A stretch of 64,000 nt of DNA from an uncultured Chthonomonadaceae bacterium (GTDB lineage Bacteria > Armatimonadota > Chthonomonadetes > Chthonomonadales > Chthonomonadaceae), in assembly GCA_963835065.1 (NCBI GenBank), contig CAWIEK010000068.1, positions 1-64,000 on the forward strand. The letters are read 5' to 3'. This document shows positions 39,108-49,691 of this stretch, piece after piece. The notes beneath the pieces were generated by a model that did not search any database, was not told the DNA's origin, and saw only the letters and a program-made list of their open reading frames with translations. The position numbers and the translations under genes are program-made. Position 1 is the first letter of the stretch. The number at the start of each line of letters is the position of its first letter.

Positions 39108-39437
39108 ATAGCAGTACAAACGTCTACTACACAAACACAAAGGCTGAACGTTGGTAGTTCCTATCAACTATCAACTACACTAACAGGAAGGGAGGTGCAT
39201 GAGAATGTCCCTACACCCCTCCCGCCCGCCTTGACGCTGCTGCGAGGTCACGACGCCTCTCTTCTACAATCTGACACAACGAGACATCGGGCTGGAAGCG
39301 CTGCATTGCCAAGATTTCGACGATGCCTCTACATATCCTTTTTTCTGACTGCTCTTTTTTCATCTGCCGCCTGTCCAATGCACTTTCAAGACTCCCGTTG
39401 GCAAAGGCCGGAATTCCCGCTGGTTCGTGAAGTTATA
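39015..39437 (+). ncRNA. Dispersed structured RNA/micro-ORF element, copy 3
   Basis: GAACCC 39080-39085, N16, GTCTAA 39102-39107; micro-ORF 39205-39234 MSLHPSRPP*; core with one substitution; extra insert shared with copy 4. Confidence 0.65.
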
Positions 39438-39510
39438 GATTTATGGACTTTTTTATTCTCGCAAAGATGGGAAGACCGCTAACCTCTGTAGAAACGGAGT
39501 AGAACGAATT

Positions 39511-39610
39511 ATGCCATTGCCTCCTTTTGAGAGAACAGGCGACAATAGAGTATTGGCAGATCAAGCGCGAGGGCGGTTTTCGCGGTATCATTGAAGTGAC
39601 AGGAGAATAA
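39511..39610 (+). pseudogene. Internally deleted toxin-like gene (nucleotidyltransferase-type, tentative)
   Basis: RBS plus MPLPPF start joined out of frame to EYWQIKREGGFRGIIEVTGE*. Confidence 0.45.
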
Positions 39611-39614
39611 CAAC

Positions 39615-39815
39615 ATGCTACGCAACGATCAGGAACTCACAACAACATTAGAGCGCATTGCCCGCTTTCAGCAGCAAGTCGCTCACCTGCGCCGCGTGGA
39701 AACCAATCCAGCCAACTACAAAGGCGCCTCTTCGGGCTTCCTTGCCGAAATAGACCGCATGCAATTGGAAGTGCGTGAGTATCTCAGTCTGCTTCCCGCA
39801 GAACTCGCCAAATAA
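39615..39815 (+). CDS. Small coiled-coil protein, putative antitoxin
   Basis: AGGAG RBS; MLRNDQEL..LERI..EIDRMQLEVREYL. Confidence 0.65.
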   Translation: MLRNDQELTTTLERIARFQQQVAHLRRVETNPANYKGASSGFLAEIDRMQLEVREYLSLLPAELAK

Positions 39816-39869
39816 TCCCACAGGCAAAATAAACGAAACCAGCGTGAGGAACGCGGAAGCCGTGTTGCG

Positions 39870-41552
<1,683 letters not shown>

Positions 41553-42176
41553 CCGCCGCCTCCCCGATTTCCCCGCCCGTCCGCTTGGCAGACACGATAA
41601 TTTCCGACGAAAGAAACGCAGTTGCCAACGTTCTTCGACCCGGTTACTTCTCGCGCTGCGCGCGGCTTCTTTAATAGCGTGGGAACTGTCCCGACAGCGT
41701 GGAGGCAACAGTCACGAACGGACTGCGCCGGTGTTCACGGCGTGGGAACAGGGCTGATTATAGCAAATCGGGAGGAGAATCGCAAGGTGATTCAGGCAGA
41801 TTCTTACCTTATTTTCGCTTATTTCCAAAGGTACTTTTGTCTACGCAAAATGACGCCTTTGCGCTTGCGCTAAGAAGTGTCTACCTGCTTTGGAACACTA
41901 AATGTAGCGTTTTCGCCACTTAATATCAACAGGTTTAGATGAGCGTCAGCAGGTTACGCCAATCGCGCATAGCCGCGCAGAACCTCCAAAATATGCGTTT
42001 AGATACTGTTTCGCGCAATCTAGCAAAAAAATCGTAAATCATATCCAAAATGGCTTGACAAAACAAAGGACAGGCAGAAATGACATGCCTGTCCACGATT
42101 TTCTCTATGCAGTTGCCCGAATAAACGCCGCCAGTTACCGATGTTTGTTCTATCAAACAGAACCTAAAACATTCTC

Positions 42177-43061
42177 CTAAATTTTCGCTAACGCCTGCCG
42201 TACCAGTTCGGGAATGTCGTGCGTGGTGTCGGCGACGGGAACGCCCGCGTCCTGCAATGCCTGTACTTTGGCCTGCGGCGTGCCGCTTGTGCCGGAAATG
42301 ATCGCGCCCGCGTGTCCCATGCGCTTGCCGGGGGGAGCGGTGCGCCCGCCGATGAAACCAACAACAGGCTTGGTCATGTGCGCTTTGATGTACGCCGCGC
42401 CCTGCTCCTCGTCGCTGCCGCCGATTTCACCCACCATCACGATCACTTTGGTGTCCGGGTCAGCCTCGAACAGTGGAAGCACGTCAATAAACTTCGTGCC
42501 GATCATCGGGTCGCCGCCGATGCCCACGCCGCTGGATTGTCCCATGCCTCCCCGCGTCAGTTCGTCGGCGATCTCGTATGTCAGTGTTCCCGAACGCGAT
42601 ACTAAACCTACCGGGCCGGGCGTGAAGATCATGCCGGGAATGATGCCGATTTTGCATTTGCCGGGCGAAATCAGGCCGGGGCAGTTCGGGCCGATCAGCC
42701 GAACGCCGGGGTAGCTCCGCTTCAAAATGGCGTTTACCTTAATCATGTCTTCGGTAGGCACGTTTTCCGAAATGCAGACGACGAGGGACACTCCCGCGTC
42801 GGCGGCTTCCAAAATGGCATCGGCAGCGTTCAATTTAGCGGGCACAAAGATGCAGGAAGCATTGGCTCCCGTTTCCCGTACAGCCTCCCGCATGGTGTTG
42901 AAAACCGGCACGCCCTGCGCCGTCTGCCCGCCTTTACCGGGCGTCACCCCGCCCGTCACTGTAGTTCCGTACTCAATCATCTGCTGCGTGTGAAACCCGC
43001 CGTCGCGCCCCGTAATACCCTGCACGACAACGCGCGTCTTTTCATCTATCAGTATGCTCAT
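42177..43061 (-). CDS. sucD: Succinyl-CoA synthetase alpha subunit
   Basis: [35 protein letters not shown]. Confidence 0.98.
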   Translation of the reverse strand: MSILIDEKTRVVVQGITGRDGGFHTQQMIEYGTTVTGGVTPGKGGQTAQGVPVFNTMREAVRETGANASCIFVPAKLNAADAILEAADAGVSLVVCISENVPTEDMIKVNAILKRSYPGVRLIGPNCPGLISPGKCKIGIIPGMIFTPGPVGLVSRSGTLTYEIADELTRGGMGQSSGVGIGGDPMIGTKFIDVLPLFEADPDTKVIVMVGEIGGSDEEQGAAYIKAHMTKPVVGFIGGRTAPPGKRMGHAGAIISGTSGTPQAKVQALQDAGVPVADTTHDIPELVRQALAKI

Positions 43062-43075
43062 AATCACTCCGTTCA

Positions 43076-43191
43076 AGTAGTCAGTAGTCAGTAGTCAGTA
43101 GTCAGTAGAAGAACCCGCTTCTGCAATTCGTCATTGTCGCGCAAAGAGTGAACAGACAGGCATTTCTACTGACTACTGACTACTGACTACT
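43076..43191. repeat. Inverted heptamer-repeat hairpin element (AGTAGTC arms)
   Basis: (AGTAGTC)4 ... (GACTACT)3. Confidence 0.85.
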
Positions 43192-43702
43192 CCTCTTCTT
43201 CTCCTAACATCGGTTCGCCGTCCGCGTCGTAAAACGCTTCGCCTTCCGCGTAAATCAAATCGTCGCCGTGTTCGGCAAGCGTTCGCAGGGCTATATCTAA
43301 GGCCGGCCATGCGGGATGGTCCTCATCTTCAAGCATCGCAGGCAGGATTACGAATGTGTACACCATTCGGGTTTTGCGCAAATGATCGGCCACAATCAGT
43401 TTGTCGCCGGATTCGACATGGTTATTGGCAAAGCGCAAGGCCCCCGTTATGGCATGATCCGCTTCCTCGTCCGTGCCGACGACTGCGCGTTCCAGCAGCC
43501 ATACATCGTGCAGTTCCGGCTCCTTCCAGCGTACAAACGCCGTTTCCCAGAGCGGATCGTCCAACTGCGCGTCAATGGCATCCCCGGCAATCTCTATGCC
43601 GATCCCGACAGGTAGCCTCGCCCGCCGCAGCGCGTCCAGCAGGATCCGCAGCGGGACGCCCGTTTCCGCTTGCGCAAATACAAAGAGAGGTTGGTCTTGC
43701 AT
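43187..43702 (-). CDS. Hypothetical protein
   Basis: 171-aa acidic ORF co-oriented with neighbours. Confidence 0.7.
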   Translation of the reverse strand: MQDQPLFVFAQAETGVPLRILLDALRRARLPVGIGIEIAGDAIDAQLDDPLWETAFVRWKEPELHDVWLLERAVVGTDEEADHAITGALRFANNHVESGDKLIVADHLRKTRMVYTFVILPAMLEDEDHPAWPALDIALRTLAEHGDDLIYAEGEAFYDADGEPMLGEEEE

Positions 43703-43708
43703 GGTCGT

Positions 43709-43830
43709 AGGGATCAGGGTTCAGTGATCAGGGTCAGGGGTCAGGTTGTAAGATCGTAGCATCAAGTTGGATGCTCTTATGTCTTTTCTCTTGCGCATCT
43801 CCTGACCACTGATCCCTGATCACTGACCAC
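43709..43830. repeat. Inverted heptamer-repeat hairpin element (TCAGGGN arms)
   Basis: TCAGGG tandem arm and CCTGA/CACTGA complementary arm. Confidence 0.75.
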
Positions 43831-44275
43831 TATTTTCCGCCCTTTTCTTAATCGCTTCCAAAGTGGCCTGCAAATTGTCGGTCATCAGTTTTTTGACGAG
43901 CGATTTAATCATCGGACCGATCATCGGAATGTCAATGTCATAGTCTACCACGCTGTCAAAGCGCGTCTGCGCGTCTGTTTCCGTAAACTGCCAGAAGCCG
44001 GACATGCGTTTCAAGTCGCCCGTAATCATCTGAAAGTCGTCGCGATGCGTATCATCATTCCAGACATCTTCCTGCGTCCAGCGCATAGACAATTTAACGG
44101 CAGGAATAAAGCCAACCCATTCCGTGACGGTGCGGGCATTGTCCGGGCTGCGCTCCAGCACTTTCAGCGACTTCAAATCGGCCATGAATTCGGGAAACGC
44201 CTCCACATCCCGCGCCACTTCGTAGACGTGTACAATGGGCGCGTTGATGAGAATGGTTTGTTCGATGCGCGGCAT
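43820..44275 (-). CDS. SRPBCC/polyketide-cyclase family protein
   Basis: IEQTILINAP..VYEVARDVEAFPEFM, GFWQF. Confidence 0.9.
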   Translation of the reverse strand: MPRIEQTILINAPIVHVYEVARDVEAFPEFMADLKSLKVLERSPDNARTVTEWVGFIPAVKLSMRWTQEDVWNDDTHRDDFQMITGDLKRMSGFWQFTETDAQTRFDSVVDYDIDIPMIGPMIKSLVKKLMTDNLQATLEAIKKRAENSGQ

Positions 44276-44286
44276 AACTTCTCCAG

Positions 44287-44413
44287 AGGTTTCAGGTGTC
44301 AGGTGCAGGTGTCAGGGTAGAAAACACGCCCCTAATTCTTTGCTGCCTTGCATATCATCGCAAACACTGTAGAAGTGTCGTCCCTAACACCTGAAACCTG
44401 AAACCTGACCCCT
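44287..44413. repeat. Inverted heptamer-repeat hairpin element
   Basis: AGGTTTCAGGTGTCAGG ... CCTGAAACCTGAAACCTGA. Confidence 0.8.
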
Positions 44414-45440
44414 ACTTATCCACTTCCCGCCACGCCAGTTCCGCCGCGCCCATAATGCCGGCGTTGTCGCCCAATTCGGCGCGGACGATTTTAGCGCCTG
44501 CCATGATGCTGCCGATGGCGCTGGCGCGGGCGGTGCGCAGGGCGGTCTGGAACAGGGTTTCCGACTGCGAGATTTTGCCGCCCAGGACGATCACTTCAGG
44601 GTTAAAGACGTTGACCATCGTGGCGATGCCCAGGCCGACGTAATGCCCGGTTTCCTGCAAAACTTCGATGGCAAGCGCGTCGCCCTTTTGCGCCGCGTCG
44701 TCAATCGCTTTGGGCGTCAAAAACTGCTGCAAGGCTTCCGTTCCGGTAATGCTTTCCCACAACAGCGTGTCACGTCCCGATTCCATTTTCAGCGCCGCGC
44801 GCTCGATGATGGCGTCGCGGCCTACGAGGGTTTCCAGGCGTCCGTGCGGGCCGTTAAGGCTGCTGCCTTTGCCGTCCGAAATGATGATGTGGCCCACTTC
44901 CGCCGCGCCGCCCGCCGAACCGCGCAGCACTTCACCCTCAATAATGATGCCGCCGCCAACGCCCGTGCCGAGCGTGAACATCACCAGATGTTTGGTTCCA
45001 CGCCCCGCGCCGAAGCGGAACTCGCCCAGCGCGGCGACATTGGCGTCGTTGTCCATCACCATCGCCACGCCCAACTCCTGCGCAACCATTTCGCGCAGGG
45101 GAACGTCTTTGTAAGGCACGTAGCCGGAAGCGTCATTGTGGCCGAAGTTGGGCGCCCATACCACTCTGCCGCTTGGCACGTCAATGTGGCCGGGCACGGC
45201 GATGCCAACCGCGCCAACTTCTTCAAGTGAAATTTTGGCGTTCTGGCACGCGCCGCGCACGGCCTCGCCAATGCGCGCAACAGTGCGCTCAACGCCGGAC
45301 TTGGCTTCTGAGGAATTTTCCGAGCGTCCCAGCGTGGTTTCCTCACGGCTGATGACGGCGGCGCGGACGTTGGTTCCGCCCAGATCAATGCCGACAACGT
45401 AGGCGGCGTCTTTTTTTGGTTGCACGGGAGCCGTATTCAC
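44412..45440 (-). CDS. ROK-family sugar kinase (glucokinase-like)
   Basis: GIDLGGT, DNDANVAALGE, TLGTGVGGG, AEVGH. Confidence 0.92.
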   Translation of the reverse strand: MNTAPVQPKKDAAYVVGIDLGGTNVRAAVISREETTLGRSENSSEAKSGVERTVARIGEAVRGACQNAKISLEEVGAVGIAVPGHIDVPSGRVVWAPNFGHNDASGYVPYKDVPLREMVAQELGVAMVMDNDANVAALGEFRFGAGRGTKHLVMFTLGTGVGGGIIIEGEVLRGSAGGAAEVGHIIISDGKGSSLNGPHGRLETLVGRDAIIERAALKMESGRDTLLWESITGTEALQQFLTPKAIDDAAQKGDALAIEVLQETGHYVGLGIATMVNVFNPEVIVLGGKISQSETLFQTALRTARASAIGSIMAGAKIVRAELGDNAGIMGAAELAWREVDK

Positions 45441-45689
45441 GGGCGCGTTCCTCCACTAAGGCTGAATTTGGTGGCTGGCAGTTGGTAATTGGTGGCAGGA
45501 AGCCAGTGCGCAGGCCGTTCCGCCGCCTGCAAGTATAGCCGAGGACGCGAGGTTTGTCAAGACTCAAAAGCAAGCCTGCGGAACGTAATTGCCTTCATTC
45601 CCGAAACATATTGTATTTTTCGTCTGTGGGCAGTATCATAGTGTCGAAAGTATCCGTTCCAAAGCATTTACTGCAAAGCGAGGACGTTC

Positions 45690-46742
45690 ATGCCGGACGA
45701 TTTTGATTATTCCAAGTTTGATTATTCCAAGCCGCGAGACGCGCGGCCTGTAGGGGAAGCGCAGCCCCTGCTGACGTATCTGCTGGTCGCGCTTTCGGTG
45801 ATGGTGACGGGCGCGTTCTTCGCGCCCGGCAGCGAACCGGGAACCTTTTTGTACCGGCTCGGCCACTTGGGATTCGGGTCGTCGCTCGACATCTGGAACG
45901 GCCACTACTATTTTCTCGTGACCGCCATTTTCAACCATCTGTCTCTAATGCACATCGTTTTCAATATGCTCTGGCTGCTGCAATTGGGCCGCGTATTGGA
46001 AATGACCCTGAAGCCCTGGCAGTACGCGCTGTTCGTTTTGGGCGCGGCGGTTGTCGGCTCATGTTCGGAAATGATGATCGGCAGCAATGGCGTCGGCATG
46101 TCGGGCGTTGTCTATGCTATGTTCGGCTTATTGTGGGCGGGGCGCGGAGCCTACCCTTCCTGGAGCGCCGTTGCCACGCGCAACAATCTGAACTATCTCA
46201 TAGGCTGGGGCGTGTTGTGCATCTTCCTCACGTACACAAATATCATGCGTATCGGCAACGGGGCGCATGCCGGCGGATTTTTGTTCGGGCTGTGCATCGG
46301 CTGGCTGTTTGTCGCGCCGCGCCGCCGCCCGATTTGGTGGCTGCCGCTTGCCGGACTGATGGTTGTTTGCGTTCTGGCGCTGACCTGGGTTCCCTGGTCG
46401 CCGGATTGGAAATGGCGGCAATACAGTCAGGCATTTGATAAAGCAAGCAAGGCGTTTGAAAAGGGCGATTACCCCCAATCCATTGCCTTGTTTGAGCAGG
46501 CATTGACGCGCGTACCCCACGAGGAAAGCGCCGAACACAATATCGCGGCTGCCTGGCACAATATGGCGGTGGCAGCGCTGAAGCGCAACGACCCAAAAGC
46601 GGCAGAAGCCGCCATGAAGCAGGAAGAACAGGCCAAAGCCCGCGCCGATGCGGATATGAAACCGGGCCAAGCCAGTGAAGATACGCCTGCATCGGACGAT
46701 TCAAACGCGCACAAACGGACAAAATCCGCCACAGAACACTAA
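45690..46742 (+). CDS. Rhomboid intramembrane protease with C-terminal TPR
   Basis: HIVFNM, GMSGVVY, NGAHAGG; TPR-like tail. Confidence 0.92.
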   Translation: MPDDFDYSKFDYSKPRDARPVGEAQPLLTYLLVALSVMVTGAFFAPGSEPGTFLYRLGHLGFGSSLDIWNGHYYFLVTAIFNHLSLMHIVFNMLWLLQLGRVLEMTLKPWQYALFVLGAAVVGSCSEMMIGSNGVGMSGVVYAMFGLLWAGRGAYPSWSAVATRNNLNYLIGWGVLCIFLTYTNIMRIGNGAHAGGFLFGLCIGWLFVAPRRRPIWWLPLAGLMVVCVLALTWVPWSPDWKWRQYSQAFDKASKAFEKGDYPQSIALFEQALTRVPHEESAEHNIAAAWHNMAVAALKRNDPKAAEAAMKQEEQAKARADADMKPGQASEDTPASDDSNAHKRTKSATEH

Positions 46743-46791
46743 TTTTCCTCAATGAATCTCTTTCGTAAGCCTGTTCGGTTCGGTAGGCTTT

Positions 46792-47781
46792 GTGTTGTTC
46801 AAGAGGATTAATGAAAACAGTTTGATAGCTGCGAAGGCAAGGCCAATGCCGGAACGCGCCGTACAATCCAAAACACCGCCAACCAAAACACAACAAAAAA
46901 CGCGCGCAGCCCGCTTGTCGGTGGGCTGCAACGCGCTTTTGGTGCTGCTTAAACTCGGTATCGGGCTGTGGATCGGGTCGGTGGGCGTTTTGTCGGAAGC
47001 CATGCACTCGGCCACAGATTTGATGGCCGCAAGCATCGCGTTTTTATCCGTGCGCGCCTCAGATATTCCGCCCGACGACGATCACCCGTATGGACACGGT
47101 AAAATCGAAAGCATTTCCGGGCTTGCCGAAGCCCTCTTGATTGTTGTGGCCGCCATTCTCATCATTTATGAAGCGGCCAGTAAACTGCGCAATCCCGAAC
47201 CCGGCCTGCCGCCCCTCGGCGCGGGATTGGCCGTAATGGTCTTTTCCGCAACCGTCAACGTGTTTCTGTCCCGGCACCTGCTGCGCGTGGCGCGGCAAAC
47301 CGACTCGCTCGCTCTGGAAGCCGACGCGAAGCATTTGCGCACCGATGTTGTCACGTCCGTCGGCGTCGCAGTGGGACTATTGCTCGCGCATCTGACGGGC
47401 AGGGCGTGGTTCGATCCTCTGACCGCGCTGTTTGTGTCCCTGCTGATTTTATACACAGGCTATAAATTGGGACACGAGGCCATGCACCCCCTGCTTGACG
47501 CCCGCCTGCCCGTAGAGGAAGAGGCCGTCATACAAGAAGTTTTGGAAACGCACCCCAAAGTGCTGAGTTACCACAAGCTGCGGACGCGCAAATCCGGTTC
47601 GCAGCGCCACATAGATGTTCATGTCCTGATGGACGACAACAGCACCCTGCTGGAAGCGCATGACATCAGCGAGGAACTGGAAGACCACATACGCGCCGCC
47701 CTCGCCGACACGCATATCAACATCCACATCGAACCCTACCACGCCGAAATGCGCCATCAGCAGGAAGCGCACGGGGAGTAG
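46792..47781 (+). CDS. Cation diffusion facilitator (FieF-like)
   Basis: EAMHSATD, PPDDDHPYGHGKIE, HLRTD, LRTRKSG, IHIEP. Confidence 0.95.
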   Translation: MLFKRINENSLIAAKARPMPERAVQSKTPPTKTQQKTRAARLSVGCNALLVLLKLGIGLWIGSVGVLSEAMHSATDLMAASIAFLSVRASDIPPDDDHPYGHGKIESISGLAEALLIVVAAILIIYEAASKLRNPEPGLPPLGAGLAVMVFSATVNVFLSRHLLRVARQTDSLALEADAKHLRTDVVTSVGVAVGLLLAHLTGRAWFDPLTALFVSLLILYTGYKLGHEAMHPLLDARLPVEEEAVIQEVLETHPKVLSYHKLRTRKSGSQRHIDVHVLMDDNSTLLEAHDISEELEDHIRAALADTHINIHIEPYHAEMRHQQEAHGE

Positions 47782-47880
47782 GTATCAGGTGTCAGGTGTC
47801 AGGTGCAACATTGCTGTTACACTTAATAGAGTGGGCAAATGGCATTTCCCTGAAACCTGACACCTGACACCTGATACCTA
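47780..47880. repeat. Inverted heptamer-repeat hairpin element between convergent genes
   Basis: AGGTATCAGGTGTCAGGTGTCAGG ... CCTGACACCTGACACCTGATACCT. Confidence 0.85.
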
Positions 47881-49140
47881 GCCAACTGTCATCGTCGAAT
47901 ACACCGCGTTGAACACTTCTTTGGGCGTGGTCAGGCCCGCGAAGATTTTTTCGTAGCCGTCCTGGAGCATGGTACGCATTTTGACCGTGCCGAACGCATA
48001 GTTTTTTACTTCCTCGACGGTTGCGTGCCGCGCAATCAGTTCGCGCAGACCTGCCGTGCTGACCAGCAACTCGAACAATCCCAAGCGTCCCTTGAAGCCG
48101 GTTTGTCGGCAGTTTTCGCAGCCTTTGCCCATGTAGAACGAGCGTCCTGCCATCTGCGCGGGGTCCAGTCCGATTTCGATCAGTTCGTCGGGCGGCGGCT
48201 GAAACTGCGTTTTGCAGTTGACGCAAATGGTGCGGACAAGCCGCTGCGCCATGACCGCCTGGAGCGTGGAAGCGATCAGGTAAGGCTCCGCGCCCATGTC
48301 CATCATGCGCCCGACGGTTTCAATGGCGTTGTTGGTGTGCAGGGAGGAGAGTACAAGGTGTCCGGTCAGGCTGGCCTGTATGCCGATACCCAGCGATTCC
48401 GGGTCGCGCATTTCGCCCACGAGCATGACGTCCGGGTCCTGGCGCAGGAACGAGCGCATGACGCGGGGAAACGTCATCTTTTCCGTCACCTGCACCTGCA
48501 AAACGTGGTCGCTGAATTCGTACTCAACCGGGTCTTCGACGGTCACGATGTTGCGCTTTTCCCGATCCAGTTTGTTCAGGCTGGCGTACAGCGTGGAGGT
48601 TTTGCCGCTTCCCGTCGGGCCGGTGACAAGGATCAGGCCGTAGGAGGACTGCACGGACGTTGACCATGCCTTCAGCACATCGGGCGGCATTCCCAACTTT
48701 TCCAGTTCCACTTTTGCGCCCATCGGGTCGAGAATACGCATCACGATCTTCTCGCCGTTCAAGCCGGGCAGCACGGACATACGCGCGCTGAGTCGGCGCG
48801 GGCCGTATTCCATATCCAGACGCCCGTCCTGCGGTTCGCGCCGTTCGTCAATGTGCATCCCCGCCGCCAGTTTAAGCCGCGCCAGCACGTTGGGAACCAG
48901 GTCCGCCCGCATTTGCCCCACGTCCTGCATCACGCCGTCAATGCGGTAGCGCACCAGCAGGCGGCTGCGCTCCGGCTGCAAATGCACGTCGGACGCGCCC
49001 ACATCCAGCGCCTTGCGCAGCATGTAATCCGTTTGCGTGACGGCTTCGGTCAGTTCGCCGCCCATTTCCCGCGCCACGCCATCCTGACGCATAATCAGCT
49101 TAAACGACTGCGGCCCGGTTCGCGCCCCTACTTGTGTCAT
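47878..49140 (-). CDS. GspE/PilB-family secretion ATPase
   Basis: ASDVHL, RYRIDG, GPTGSGKTS, TVEDPVEY, LRQDPDV..GEMRD, GHLVLSSLH; ATG at 49140 with AAGGAG. Confidence 0.95.
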   Translation of the reverse strand: MTQVGARTGPQSFKLIMRQDGVAREMGGELTEAVTQTDYMLRKALDVGASDVHLQPERSRLLVRYRIDGVMQDVGQMRADLVPNVLARLKLAAGMHIDERREPQDGRLDMEYGPRRLSARMSVLPGLNGEKIVMRILDPMGAKVELEKLGMPPDVLKAWSTSVQSSYGLILVTGPTGSGKTSTLYASLNKLDREKRNIVTVEDPVEYEFSDHVLQVQVTEKMTFPRVMRSFLRQDPDVMLVGEMRDPESLGIGIQASLTGHLVLSSLHTNNAIETVGRMMDMGAEPYLIASTLQAVMAQRLVRTICVNCKTQFQPPPDELIEIGLDPAQMAGRSFYMGKGCENCRQTGFKGRLGLFELLVSTAGLRELIARHATVEEVKNYAFGTVKMRTMLQDGYEKIFAGLTTPKEVFNAVYSTMTVG

Positions 49141-49670
49141 TGGTGTTGCTCCTTTGTCGGATTGGGAGCAGGAGCCTTGCTGAGTTAGCCCCGTATCTTC
49201 GTCGCGCCGTTCAATCCGCTTACGCTGAACCTGGCAATGACCGCGCTCGCTTTGATTGGCCTGATAACGGCGCATGATCTGCCGACGGCGCGCATGTGCC
49301 TGCGTCGGCGGCAGGAGAAACGCGCATGACGGCTGCCGGTTCAACCGATGCTGCAACCGCAACATTTACCTCTATTTATCAGCAGGCAATGGGAGCGGAT
49401 TTTTGCCGCCTGCATCGGAAAATTCAGCAGCGTTTCGGCTTCAGCAGCAGGGATGAAACCGCTGCTGTGGGAACAGGGACGATGGAGCGCGTCTGGCATG
49501 GGCGTTTGTACACGCTGCCGTTTTTATGTGTGGGTACCTGGCGGCGCATCATGTTCCCCGAACACGGAGTAAACATTCCCTTTACCATCCAAAACTATGC
49601 GTATCTGATAGTTACGGACGCGAAACGGTGACATGGGTACGCGCGTTCCAGACTATTGGTGTTGCTCCTT
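49139..49670 (+). mobile_element. 500-bp insertion of gene fragments (DoxX-like tail, DUF4166-like head) bounded by a 16-bp direct repeat
   Basis: ATTGGTGTTGCTCCTT at 49139-49154 and 49655-49670; inside TSIYQQAMGADF.RLH..IQQRF..MFPE.G.NIPFTI and LNLAMTALALIG..LP.A..C.RR. Confidence 0.65.
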
Positions 49671-49691
49671 AGAAAGTGGTTGGTAATTACA

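Noticed and set aside
41553..41708. N-terminal extension of DnaA given by the ORF track
   Set aside because: GTG at 41552 has a good SD and begins a domain I-like sequence; the extension is not protein-like.
41553..42176. oriC upstream of dnaA
   Set aside because: AT-richer, but no cluster of TTATCCACA-like boxes found by eye.
49141..49365. N-terminal extension of the PilB/GspE ORF
   Set aside because: It lies inside the direct-repeat-bounded insertion; ATG at 49140 has the AAGGAG SD.
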